A stretch of 60,126 nt of DNA. It comes from Burkholderiales bacterium. GTDB taxonomy: Bacteria; Pseudomonadota; Gammaproteobacteria; Burkholderiales; SG8-39. Below, in pieces: positions 28,207 to 36,905 of this stretch. The stretch lies in NCBI GenBank assembly GCA_036394595.1, contig DASWEU010000124.1:1-60126 (forward strand), in the 5' to 3' direction. The position numbers and the translations under genes were made by a program. Under the pieces are notes generated by a model. That model did no database searches. It had not been told where the DNA came from and saw nothing but the letters and a program-made list of their open reading frames with translations. Within the stretch, counting starts at the first letter, position 1. Every line of letters starts with the position of its first letter.

Positions 28207-28908
28207 TTACGACATATACATGCCGCCGTTGACGTGCAGCACCGTGCCCGTGACATAGTCCGCGCCCGGCGATGCCAGGTAGGCGACCGCGGCGGCCACG
28301 TCCTGCGGGGCGCCGAGCCGCCCGAGCGGAATATGCGCGAGCAGCGCCTGCCGCTGCTCCTCGGAAAGCGCGCGCGTCATGTCCGTGTCGATGAATCCCG
28401 GCGCGACGCAATTGACCGTGATGTTGCGGCTGCCGATCTCCTGCGCCAGCGACTTGGTCATGCCGACGATGCCAGCCTTGGCCGCGGCGTAATTTGCCTG
28501 GCCGGGATTGCCCGAGGCGCCGACCACCGAAGTGATGTTGATGATGCGTCCCCAGCGCGCCTTCATCATGCCGCGCAGCACGGCGCGCGACAGGCGGAAT
28601 ACGGCGCGCAGGTTGGTCTGCATCACCTCGTCCCATTCCGCGTCCTTCATGCGCAGCGCCAGGTTGTCGCGCGTGATACCGGCGTTGTTGACCAGGATGG
28701 CGATGTCTCCGATTTCCTTGAGCAAGTTGTCGCAAGCGGCGTCATCCCGCACATCGAGAATTTTCCCGGTGGCAGGGACCTTATGCGCCCCTTCCGCGGT
28801 CGTCGCCGTCCCCACCACCTTGGCGCCCTGCTTCGCCAGTTCGGCGGCGATGGCGTGGCCGATGCCGCGCGAAGCGCCGGTGACGAGTGCGACTTTGCCT
28901 TCAAGCAT
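28207..28908 (-). CDS. fabG: 3-oxoacyl-ACP reductase
   Basis: [23 protein letters not shown] and a C-terminal HVNGGMYM. It is about 10 aa shorter than E. coli FabG in the segment after the first beta-alpha-beta unit. Confidence 0.92.
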   Translation of the reverse strand: MLEGKVALVTGASRGIGHAIAAELAKQGAKVVGTATTAEGAHKVPATGKILDVRDDAACDNLLKEIGDIAILVNNAGITRDNLALRMKDAEWDEVMQTNLRAVFRLSRAVLRGMMKARWGRIINITSVVGASGNPGQANYAAAKAGIVGMTKSLAQEIGSRNITVNCVAPGFIDTDMTRALSEEQRQALLAHIPLGRLGAPQDVAAAVAYLASPGADYVTGTVLHVNGGMYMS

Positions 28909-29830
28909 GGCCGATCTCCATCAGCGCCTGCTCGAGCAGGGCGCGGTCGGCGAGCGCGTACGACGACACGTCTTTCGCGATGCGCTTGGTCAGCCCGGCA
29001 AGCACCTTGCCGGGACCGCATTCCACAATATGCGTCGCCCCACCGGCGATCATCGCCTGGATCGACTCCACCCAGCGCACCGGGGACGCCGCCTGGCGCA
29101 CCAACGCATCCTTGATTTTCGCCGGATCGGATTCGATCTTGACGTCGACATTGTTGATCAGGTTCACCGTCGGTTTATTAAATTCCATTTTCTGCAAAAA
29201 AACCGACAATTTTTCCCCTGCCGGTCTCATCAACGAGGAATGGAACGGCGCACTCACCGGCAGCGGCATGGCGCGCCTGGCGCCGCGCGCCTTGCATATC
29301 TCGATGGCGCGCGCCACCGCCTGCGCCTCGCCGGCGATCACGACCTGGCCGGGCGAATTGAAGTTCACCGCCTGCACTTCGCCACCCGCCTCGGCGCAGG
29401 CCGCCTTCGCCGCTTCGTCGTCGAGTCCGAGAATCGCCGCCATCGCGCCCTTGCCTTCGGGCACCGCTTCCTGCATCGCCTGCGCCCGGAAGCGCACCAG
29501 CGGCAGGCAATCCTTGAAGCCAAGCGCCCCAGCGACCGTGAGCGCGGTGTACTCGCCCAGGCTGTGGCCGGCGACAACCGCGGGCCTGCGACCGCCGAGC
29601 GCGACCCAAGCTCGATACGCGGCATAGCCTGCCGTCACCATAGCGGGCTGGGTATTCACCGTGAGATTGAGTTGCTCTGCCGGCCCTTCATCCAACACGC
29701 GGAGAAAATCCGCGCCGAGAACGCCAGAGGCTTCTCGTCGAACAGCATCCAGCTCGGGAAGACCGTCATAGCCTTTCAGCATGCCGACGGCCTGCGAGCC
29801 CTGTCCCGGAAAGATCATGGCCAATTTCAT
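28901..29830 (-). CDS. fabD: malonyl CoA-ACP transacylase
   Basis: FPGQGSQ and GHSLGEY active-site motifs. Confidence 0.93.
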   Translation of the reverse strand: MKLAMIFPGQGSQAVGMLKGYDGLPELDAVRREASGVLGADFLRVLDEGPAEQLNLTVNTQPAMVTAGYAAYRAWVALGGRRPAVVAGHSLGEYTALTVAGALGFKDCLPLVRFRAQAMQEAVPEGKGAMAAILGLDDEAAKAACAEAGGEVQAVNFNSPGQVVIAGEAQAVARAIEICKARGARRAMPLPVSAPFHSSLMRPAGEKLSVFLQKMEFNKPTVNLINNVDVKIESDPAKIKDALVRQAASPVRWVESIQAMIAGGATHIVECGPGKVLAGLTKRIAKDVSSYALADRALLEQALMEIGHA

Positions 29831-30786
29831 AGCGTCGCGAGGGTCGAGCCCCAGGTGAAGCCGCCGCCGACGCCTTGCATGAGGATGCGATGGCCGCTCC
29901 TGATGGTTCCCTTTCGGATGAATTCATCCAGCGCCAGCGGCACCGACGCGGCGGACGTGTTGCCGTGGTGGTCGACCGTGACCACCAGTTTCTCCAGCGG
30001 CATCTTGAGCTTGCGCGCCGTCGCCTCGAGGATGCGCACGTTGGCCTGGTGGGGAATGAGCCAGTCGACGTCGTCGAGCGTCATGCCGGCCGCGGCCACG
30101 GTTTCGCGCGCCGACTCCTCCAGCACGCGCACGGCGTACTTGAACACGCCCTGCCCGTTCATCTGCAGGAAAGGCGAGCCGAGGATGCGGCCGCGCGACA
30201 CGTTGCCCGGCACGGACAGCAGGCCGGCCTGGCTGCCGTCGGCGTGCAGCCGGCTGGCGTGGATTCCCGGCTTGTCGCCGGCCACCAGCACCGCGGCGCC
30301 GGCGCCGTCGCCGAACAGCACGCAGGTGCCGCGATCATTCCAGTCGAGGATGCGGGAAAAGACTTCCGCGCCGACAACGAGAGCACGCTTCGAATTTCCA
30401 CTCTTTACAAAATTATCTGCAACAGCAAGGCCATAAACGAAACCGCTGCATACGGCCTGCACGTCGAAGGCGGCACAGCCTTTCACGCCGAGCTTCGCCT
30501 GCAACAGGGTGGCGGTGCTGGGAAACACCATGTCCGGCGTCGAGGTGGCGACGATGATGAGATCGATGTCCGCCGCCGCGACGCCGGCGGCGGCGAGCGC
30601 CGCGCGGCTCGCGGCGAGCGCGAGGTCGCTCGAGCCCTGCGACTCGTCGGCGATGTGGCGGCTGACGATGCCGGTCCGCTCGCGGATCCAGGCGTCGCTG
30701 GTCTCGAGACGCTGCGCGAACTCGTTATTGGTCATGACCCGCGGCGGCAGGAAGCTGCCGGTGCCGGCAATGCGCGACCAGATCAT
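29827..30786 (-). CDS. fabH: beta-ketoacyl-ACP synthase III
   Basis: [12 protein letters not shown]-terminus, [11 protein letters not shown] (active-site Cys), and HQAN / GNTSAAS motifs. The start is placed at ATG 30786 (ATGA overlap with the plsX stop). Confidence 0.92.
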   Translation of the reverse strand: MIWSRIAGTGSFLPPRVMTNNEFAQRLETSDAWIRERTGIVSRHIADESQGSSDLALAASRAALAAAGVAAADIDLIIVATSTPDMVFPSTATLLQAKLGVKGCAAFDVQAVCSGFVYGLAVADNFVKSGNSKRALVVGAEVFSRILDWNDRGTCVLFGDGAGAAVLVAGDKPGIHASRLHADGSQAGLLSVPGNVSRGRILGSPFLQMNGQGVFKYAVRVLEESARETVAAAGMTLDDVDWLIPHQANVRILEATARKLKMPLEKLVVTVDHHGNTSAASVPLALDEFIRKGTIRSGHRILMQGVGGGFTWGSTLATL

Positions 30787-31799
30787 AGGACCGGCACGTC
30801 CTGCTGCGCCATGCGCGCCTCGATGCGCTGCGGGACGTTGTTGCGTACTTCGTCCACTGCGCGTTCCAGCGCCTGCCCGAAGGCAAATACATCCGCCGAG
30901 CCATGGCTCTTGATGACGATGCCCTTCAGCCCCAGCAGGCTGGCGCCGTTGTACTGGCCCGGATCCATGCGCTTGCGCAGCGCATTGAACACCGGCGTGG
31001 CGAGCAGCGCCGCGAACATGCGCCACGGGTTGCGCCTGAATTCCTCGCGCAGGAACGCAATGATCATCTTGGCCAAGCCCTCGGAAGCCTTCAGCACCGA
31101 GTTGCCGACGAACCCGTCGCACACCACCACGTCGGTGGTGCCCTTGAAAATGTCGTCGCCTTCGACGTTGCCGTGAAAGTTGAGCCCGCTCGCGCGCAGC
31201 AGTTCCGCGGCGTGCTTCACGGTCTCGTTGCCCTTGACGTCCTCGACGCCGATGTTGAGCAGTCCGACCGTGGGGCGCTCCTTGTGGTCCACCGCCGCCA
31301 CCAGCATCGCCCCCATCACGCCGAACTGCATCAGCTGCTCAGCGGTGCAATCGACGTTGGCGCCGAGGTCGAGCACGTAGGTATAGCCGCCGCGCATGTT
31401 CGGCAGCACGGTCGCAATGGCCGGCCGGTCGATGCCAGGCAGGGTCTTCAGCACGAAGCGCGAAATTGCCATCAGCGCGCCGGTGTTGCCGGCGCTGACG
31501 CAGGCGTGCGCCGCGCCGCTCTTCACCAGGTTCACCGCCACGCGCATCGACGAATCCTTCTTGAAGCGCAGCGCCTGCACCGGCGATTCGTCCATGCCCA
31601 CCACCTCGGTCGCAGCGTGCACCCGCAGGCGCGGCCCCGGGGAAGCGCCGCGCGCCGCCAGCTCCGCTTCGAGTGCGTCGCCGGTTCCCACCAGCACGAG
31701 ATCGACGTCCGGCCGGCGCGCCTGAAACTCGAGCGCTGCCGGCACCGTCACATGGGGACCGTGATCGCCCCCCATGCAATCGACGGCTACGGTGATCAG
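30783..31799 (-). CDS. plsX: phosphate acyltransferase PlsX
   Basis: [12 protein letters not shown] motif and a full-length PlsX body. The first ATG (31775) lies inside the conserved D-x-MGGD motif. The conserved first beta-strand LITVAVD is encoded upstream with only CTG (31799) or ATC (31796) available as starts. Confidence 0.88.
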   Translation of the reverse strand: MITVAVDCMGGDHGPHVTVPAALEFQARRPDVDLVLVGTGDALEAELAARGASPGPRLRVHAATEVVGMDESPVQALRFKKDSSMRVAVNLVKSGAAHACVSAGNTGALMAISRFVLKTLPGIDRPAIATVLPNMRGGYTYVLDLGANVDCTAEQLMQFGVMGAMLVAAVDHKERPTVGLLNIGVEDVKGNETVKHAAELLRASGLNFHGNVEGDDIFKGTTDVVVCDGFVGNSVLKASEGLAKMIIAFLREEFRRNPWRMFAALLATPVFNALRKRMDPGQYNGASLLGLKGIVIKSHGSADVFAFGQALERAVDEVRNNVPQRIEARMAQQDVPVL

Positions 31800-31804
31800 C
31801 GGGG

Positions 31805-31984
31805 CTACTCGTCGCGGCTCTTGACGACCTTCTTGCCGCGGTAGAAGCCCGTCGGGCTGACGTGGTGGCGCAGGTGCGTCTCGCCGGTGGTCGGCTCGAC
31901 GGCGAGCGTCGGGGCGCTCAGGCGGTCGTGCATGCGGCGCATGTCGCGCCGCGACGGCGATTTCTTGTTCTGGTGTACGGCCAT
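31805..31984 (-). CDS. rpmF: 50S ribosomal protein L32
   Basis: Not in the ORF track (59 aa). The hand translation is [59 protein letters not shown], a canonical L32 in the yceD-rpmF-plsX position. Confidence 0.92.
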   Translation of the reverse strand: MAVHQNKKSPSRRDMRRMHDRLSAPTLAVEPTTGETHLRHHVSPTGFYRGKKVVKSRDE

Positions 31985-32003
31985 GGTGTTGCTCCTTTCG
32001 ATG

Positions 32004-32498
32004 TCAATGTCTGTTGCGCATCAGCCCGCGCAATTTCGCGAACGGCAGCGATTTTGCACTCTCGCCCGCCGCCGCGCCCCCGGCGCAGCTCGCATGCCGC
32101 GGCGCAAACGGCACGGCGAGGATCAATTCATCCTCGACCAGATCGCGTACCGGCATGTCGGCCGATGCCACCACCCGGTCCGGCACGTCCACCTCCACCG
32201 GCTCCGCGTCGATCTCGGCCTGCGATGCCGCGAGCACCAGCGTTTCCTCCGAGCCCACGTCGTACGCCAGGGGCTCGAGACAACGCTGGCAGCGCAACAG
32301 CACGATTCCCCGCACGCGGATTATCAGGCCGGGGCGCCCGCGAGCATCGCGCGCGCCTTCGATTTCGTAGGCAACTTCGCCCGCGTCCGAGGCCAGCATG
32401 TCACGCAGGCGCGGAAAGCCGCTTAACGGCAAAACCCCTCGCTGCTTCGCTCCAGCCGCTGCGAATTCGGCAGCATCGATGACCGGCTGGTGCGACAT
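32004..32498 (-). CDS. yceD: YceD family (DUF177) protein
   Basis: CQRCLEP...DELILAVP pattern and position upstream of rpmF. The start is placed at ATG 32498 (MSHQPVID). Confidence 0.85.
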   Translation of the reverse strand: MSHQPVIDAAEFAAAGAKQRGVLPLSGFPRLRDMLASDAGEVAYEIEGARDARGRPGLIIRVRGIVLLRCQRCLEPLAYDVGSEETLVLAASQAEIDAEPVEVDVPDRVVASADMPVRDLVEDELILAVPFAPRHASCAGGAAAGESAKSLPFAKLRGLMRNRH

Positions 32499-32546
32499 AG
32501 GCGGCCGGATGATATCATTACCGAAAATCCTCGTCAAAACAAAGTG

Positions 32547-33128
32547 ATGGAACAGCCCAAGCGCCTGGTTCTGGCCTCGACCTCGCCTTATCGGAAGGCG
32601 CTGCTCGAGCGCCTCGGGCTGCGTTTCGACCTCGCCGCGCCGGGCGTGGACGAAACCGCTCTGCCCGGCGAAGCCCCCGAGCAGACCGCATTGCGCCTGT
32701 CGGTGCTCAAGGCAAGGGCCGCGCGCGTCGGCGACGCACTGGTCATCGGCGCCGACCAGGTGGCGTCGCTCGATGGCCGGCCGCTCGGCAAGCCCGGCAA
32801 TCACGACAACGCCGTGCGCCAGTTGCGCGCCCTGAGCGGCAGGACGGCGGAGTTCCACACCGCGCTGTCGGTGCTCGATTCGGCGAGCGGCGAGCTCCAT
32901 TCGCGTGTCGTCTCCTGCCGCGTGACGTTTCGCGACCTCGACGCGCGTACGATCGAGACTTATCTGCGTCGCGAGCAGCCCTACGACTGTGCGGGCAGCG
33001 CCAAGGCCGAAGGCCTGGGCATTGCGCTGATCGCGCGCATCGATACCGACGACCCGACTTCGCTCATCGGCCTGCCGCTGATCGCGCTCTCCGAGATGCT
33101 GGCGCGCGCCGGGCTGCGCGTACTTTGA
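32547..33128 (+). CDS. maf: Maf-like nucleoside triphosphate pyrophosphatase
   Basis: LVLASTSPYRKALLERLGL, IGADQV and YDCAGS/KAEGLG motifs. The start is placed at ATG 32547. Confidence 0.88.
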   Translation: MEQPKRLVLASTSPYRKALLERLGLRFDLAAPGVDETALPGEAPEQTALRLSVLKARAARVGDALVIGADQVASLDGRPLGKPGNHDNAVRQLRALSGRTAEFHTALSVLDSASGELHSRVVSCRVTFRDLDARTIETYLRREQPYDCAGSAKAEGLGIALIARIDTDDPTSLIGLPLIALSEMLARAGLRVL

Positions 33129-33802
33129 TCCTTTACACCATCCCCACTTCGCTGGGCGGTCCGGCGTCGGAGGCTCTGCCCGAGCCCGCGATTCGCATCG
33201 TCAAATCGCTGCAAGACTTTGCCGTCGAAAACGCGAAGAGCGCCCGATCATTCCTGGGAGAACTGGGAATGCCGGTGCGCGAATTGAATATTTTCGAAAT
33301 TGAAAAGACGCGGGACCTTCTCGCCCCGCTGCGCGCTGGCCGGCCGCTCGGACTTTTGTCGGAGGCAGGCTGCCCGGCAATCGCCGATCCCGGCGCGGCG
33401 CTGATCGAAGCAGCGCACCGCGAAGGCTTCCGCGTCGTGCCGCTGGTCGGCCCTTCCTCGATCCTGCTGGCGCTGATGGCCTCCGGGCTGGAAGGTCAAC
33501 GATTCGCCTTCCGTGGTTATTTACCTCGGGAAGACCTGGAGCGAGTCAACAACATCCGGGAACTCGAGAAGCGCTCGAGAAAAGAAAACGAAACCCAGAT
33601 CTTCATCGAGACGCCCTACCGCAACGACGCACTGTTCCAGGCGCTGCTCGGAACCTGCGCCGCCAGCACGCGGCTGTGCATTGCCGCCGACCTCAGCTTG
33701 CCGACAGAAACTATTTCTTCAAAAACGATAAGCCAGTGGCGCCAGCGGCCAATCGCGCCGGGCAAGCGCCCTACCGTATTCCTGCTGCTGGCGAGTACCT
33801 GA
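33125..33802 (+). CDS. SAM-dependent methyltransferase, tetrapyrrole-methylase (RsmI-like) fold
   Basis: LGLLSEAGCPAIADPGAALI and VPLVGPSSILLALMASGL match the TP_methylase/RsmI pattern. The TTG start overlaps the maf stop (TTGA). Confidence 0.75.
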   Translation: MILYTIPTSLGGPASEALPEPAIRIVKSLQDFAVENAKSARSFLGELGMPVRELNIFEIEKTRDLLAPLRAGRPLGLLSEAGCPAIADPGAALIEAAHREGFRVVPLVGPSSILLALMASGLEGQRFAFRGYLPREDLERVNNIRELEKRSRKENETQIFIETPYRNDALFQALLGTCAASTRLCIAADLSLPTETISSKTISQWRQRPIAPGKRPTVFLLLAST

Positions 33803-34724
33803 GGGCGATTTCGACGAGCGCGGTCGCCGCGCCGGCGCCGAAGCGCCGCGCGAATTTCTCGGCAATGCCTTCCTTCATCGTGAAGTCGACGATGTCCTCG
33901 GCCTTGACCACGTCGCGCGCCACCGATTCCAGGCTGCCGAGGCCGTCGGTCAGCCCCAGCTCGATGCTGGCCTGTCCAGTCCAGATCAGGCCGCTGAAGG
34001 TGTCCGCCGTTTCCTTGAGACGCTTGCCGCGCCCCTCGCGCACCACGGCGATGAACTGCTGGTGGATATCTTTCACCAGGGCCCGCGCGTGCTCCACGTC
34101 CTTATCGTTAACGGGCGAAAATGGGTCGAGCATGCCTTTGTTCTCGCCGGCGGTGATCAGGCGCCGGTCGACGCCGAGCTTCTCCATCAGGCCGCTGAAG
34201 CCGAAACCGTTCATCAGTACCCCGACCGACCCCACCACGCTCGACTTGCTGACGTAGATGCGATCGGCGCCGACGGCGACGAAGTAGCCGCCCGAGGCGC
34301 AGATGTCTTCGACCACGGCGTAGAGCGGGATGTCCGGGTACTTCTTGCGCAGGCGGCGCATCTCGTCATAGATGGTCTGCGACTGCACCGGGCTGCCGCC
34401 GGGCGAGTTGATGCGCAGGATCACGCCCTGCGTGTTCTTGTCCTTGAAGGCCGCCTGCAGCGCGGCGTTGACTTTCTCCGCGCTGGCGTCCGCCCCCGGC
34501 GCGATGATGCCGTTCAGCTCCACCATGGCGGTGTGCTTCTTGCCGCCGGCGAGGTCGGTGCGCCCCTTCCAGTCGATCGCCATCAGCAGCACGAAGCTGA
34601 TGTAGGCGAAGGTCAGCAGCTTGAAAAAGATGCCCCACAGCCGCGCGCGCCGCTGCTCCTTGAGCGCTGCGGTAGCGAGCTTGGTCACCAGCTCGCGCTC
34701 CCATTGGCCGTCGTTTTCAGTCAT
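33771..34724 (-). CDS. sppA: signal peptide peptidase SppA, 36K type (S49)
   Basis: N-terminal TM segment, INSPGGS, and ASGGYFVA (catalytic Ser region). Confidence 0.88.
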   Translation of the reverse strand: MTENDGQWERELVTKLATAALKEQRRARLWGIFFKLLTFAYISFVLLMAIDWKGRTDLAGGKKHTAMVELNGIIAPGADASAEKVNAALQAAFKDKNTQGVILRINSPGGSPVQSQTIYDEMRRLRKKYPDIPLYAVVEDICASGGYFVAVGADRIYVSKSSVVGSVGVLMNGFGFSGLMEKLGVDRRLITAGENKGMLDPFSPVNDKDVEHARALVKDIHQQFIAVVREGRGKRLKETADTFSGLIWTGQASIELGLTDGLGSLESVARDVVKAEDIVDFTMKEGIAEKFARRFGAGAATALVEIALRYSPAAGIR

Positions 34725-35073
34725 CTTGGAATCCCGTGAAGTAGACCATGCCGTTCTGCTCCTCGACGCGCAGCTTTACCAGGGGGGTACCGTCGCACGG
34801 CCCGCCGAGGCAGCGGCCGCTCGCGGCTTCATAGGTGGCGCCGTGGGTCGAGCATAGCAAATCGCGCCGGTCGGAATCGAAGAAAACGCCGTCCTGCCAG
34901 TCGAGCTCCATCGCCACGTGGGCGCAGCGGTTCAGGTAGCCGTGTGCCGCCCCGTTCTTTCGGATGAGAAATGCAGGCGCTTCCTCGCCGAAATACTCGA
35001 CTTGGAAGCGCACGCCACCGCCCGCCTCGACCAGCGCCGTCGACGGGCAGATCAGGCGTTTGCTCTCAGCCAT
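34717..35073 (-). CDS. Rieske (2Fe-2S) domain protein
   Basis: CAHVAMELD ... CSTHGATY is a CxH...CxxH Rieske motif. The start is placed at ATG 35073 (MAESKRLICP). Confidence 0.8.
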   Translation of the reverse strand: MAESKRLICPSTALVEAGGGVRFQVEYFGEEAPAFLIRKNGAAHGYLNRCAHVAMELDWQDGVFFDSDRRDLLCSTHGATYEAASGRCLGGPCDGTPLVKLRVEEQNGMVYFTGFQDD

Positions 35074-35699
35074 TCGCTCAATTGTTTCACCGTTGATACA
35101 CAAGCCAGTGACGTGCAGCCACGCAACGCCTCCTCCTCATGCGCGCCGTAGGACACCGCAATGGCGTCCACCTCCGCCGCGCGCGCCATCTCGAGATCGT
35201 GTGTCGTGTCGCCGATCATTAGAATCTGCGCGCGCTCGACGGCGAGCTCTTCCATCAACTCGAGCAGCATGGCCGGGTGCGGCTTGGGCTGCGTCTCGTC
35301 GGCGCAGCGGCTGGCGGTGAAGAAGCCGCCGGTGCCGGTATAAGCCAGCGCCCGATCCAGCCCACGCCGGCTTTTGCCGGTGGCGATGGCCAGCAGGCGG
35401 TCCTTTTTCATCTCAGTGAGGATTTCCCTGATGCCGGAAAAAACCTTCATCGAGTCTTCCCGCTGCAGGAAGTGCCGGCGATAGAGCGCGACGAACTCCT
35501 GGTAGCGCTCGCCGGGCAGGTCGGGCACCGCGAGCTGTAGCGAGTCGCGCAAGCCGAGGCCGATGACGTGGCTCGCCTTTTCCGCCGACGGCACTGCCAG
35601 GCCCATGGCGCGGCTCGCCTCCTGGATGCATTCGACGATGGCCGCCGGCGAATCGATGATGGTGCCGTCCCAGTCGAAAACCAGCAAGCGGTACTTCAT
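35052..35699 (-). CDS. HAD-family hydrolase (phosphoglycolate phosphatase-like)
   Basis: VFDWDGTIIDS (DxDGT motif I), ATGKSR, and GDTTHD motif IV. Confidence 0.85.
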   Translation of the reverse strand: MKYRLLVFDWDGTIIDSPAAIVECIQEASRAMGLAVPSAEKASHVIGLGLRDSLQLAVPDLPGERYQEFVALYRRHFLQREDSMKVFSGIREILTEMKKDRLLAIATGKSRRGLDRALAYTGTGGFFTASRCADETQPKPHPAMLLELMEELAVERAQILMIGDTTHDLEMARAAEVDAIAVSYGAHEEEALRGCTSLACVSTVKQLSEWLRANA

Positions 35700-36625
35700 T
35701 TGATTTGATTTTTGATAAAACTGCTTACATCAACCGGAAGCGGCGACTCCAGCCGCAGGCGCTCCCGGGTCAGCGGATGAGCAAAGGCAAGCCGCCTGGC
35801 ATGCAGGAACAATCGCTTCACGCCCTGCTTCGCCAGCAGCTTGTTGAGCGCGAAGTCGCCGTACTTGTCGTCGCCCAGAACCGGATGCCCGGCATGCGCC
35901 AGGTGCACCCGGATCTGGTGGGTGCGGCCGGTGAGAAGACGGACTTCCAGCAGGTCGAATTGATCGCCTCTCTTGAGAAGAGTGATTCTGGTAACGGCGG
36001 CTTTTCCATCCGCCTGCACACTGACGCGGCGCTCGCCGCTGGCGGTGACATGCTTGTGCAAAGACTCCCGGATCTCGAAATTCGGCTTCCCGACATTGCC
36101 CTTTACGACGGCGTTATAAACCTTCTCCACCTCTCCGTCGCGCAGCATGCGATGCAACTCGACCAGCGAGCTCCTTTTCTTGGCGATCATCAGCAGGCCC
36201 GAAGTGTCGCGGTCGAGGCGATGCGCGAGCTCCAGCACCTTCGCCAGCGGGCGTGCGGCGCGCAACGATTCGATCACCCCGAAGCTCACGCCGCTACCGC
36301 CGTGCACGGCCACCCCGGCGGGCTTGTCGATGACCAGCAGGGCGGCGTCCTCGAACGCGATGGGGAACTCGAGCGGTTTTGCCGGACGGTGGTGCGTCTC
36401 GGATATCCGTACCGGCGGCACCCGGACCCGGTCGCCCATTTTCAGGCGGTAATCGGGCTTGACCCGCCCGCTGTTGACCCGGACTTCGCCGCTTCTCAGC
36501 ACCCGGTAGACGTGGCTTTTCGGCACGCCTTTCAGGCGCCTCAGGAGGAAGTTGTCGATGCGCTGCGCGACCGCCTCCTCGCCCACTTCGAGCCAGGTCG
36601 CCCTCGCCTTGCTTAAGTCATTCAT
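35696..36625 (-). CDS. rluC: 23S rRNA pseudouridine synthase RluC family
   Basis: S4 domain N-terminus, catalytic HRLDRDTSGLL, and TGRTHQIRVH. It is divergent from rne, as in many proteobacteria. Confidence 0.88.
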   Translation of the reverse strand: MNDLSKARATWLEVGEEAVAQRIDNFLLRRLKGVPKSHVYRVLRSGEVRVNSGRVKPDYRLKMGDRVRVPPVRISETHHRPAKPLEFPIAFEDAALLVIDKPAGVAVHGGSGVSFGVIESLRAARPLAKVLELAHRLDRDTSGLLMIAKKRSSLVELHRMLRDGEVEKVYNAVVKGNVGKPNFEIRESLHKHVTASGERRVSVQADGKAAVTRITLLKRGDQFDLLEVRLLTGRTHQIRVHLAHAGHPVLGDDKYGDFALNKLLAKQGVKRLFLHARRLAFAHPLTRERLRLESPLPVDVSSFIKNQIK

Positions 36626-36905
36626 TTTCCGTATGATCTCCCGGTCGCTTTGAGTTGCGAGGCACAGGGAGATGCGGCGCGGTTACCCACCGGTGACCCA
36701 TTGCCGCTACCTGCAACCCGCCTCCTGTCCGGCCACAGCCGGGCCTGAAGCGCTGGTTAATTTCGCTCACCGGAAGTAGCGATCCTCAGGTAAAAGTGCG
36801 CGCATCGGGATTCGGCTTCTTATTGTTCATTCAATGAATAGTCAACCCCTAGGAGAATACTGACCCATTCGGAAGTGGCCTCCTGCGCGCGCAGGAGAAT
36901 AAAAA
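36626..36905 (+). promoter_or_regulatory. rne 5' leader with an SD-sequestering perfect hairpin and a duplicated AGGAGAATA element
   Basis: The 18-nt perfect palindrome CTCCTGCGCGCGCAGGAG (36880-36897) contains the SD AGGAG 8 nt before the GTG start. A second identical AGGAGAATA at 36851-36859 can pair with the same CTCCT. TTCATT-C-AATGAA inverted repeat lies just upstream. Confidence 0.55.

Noticed and set aside
28207-28908. FabG is about 10 aa shorter than E. coli FabG, raising the possibility of a truncation or pseudogene.
   Set aside because: The difference is an in-frame shortening of a variable surface segment. All catalytic and cofactor motifs ([13 protein letters not shown]..YxxxK) are intact.
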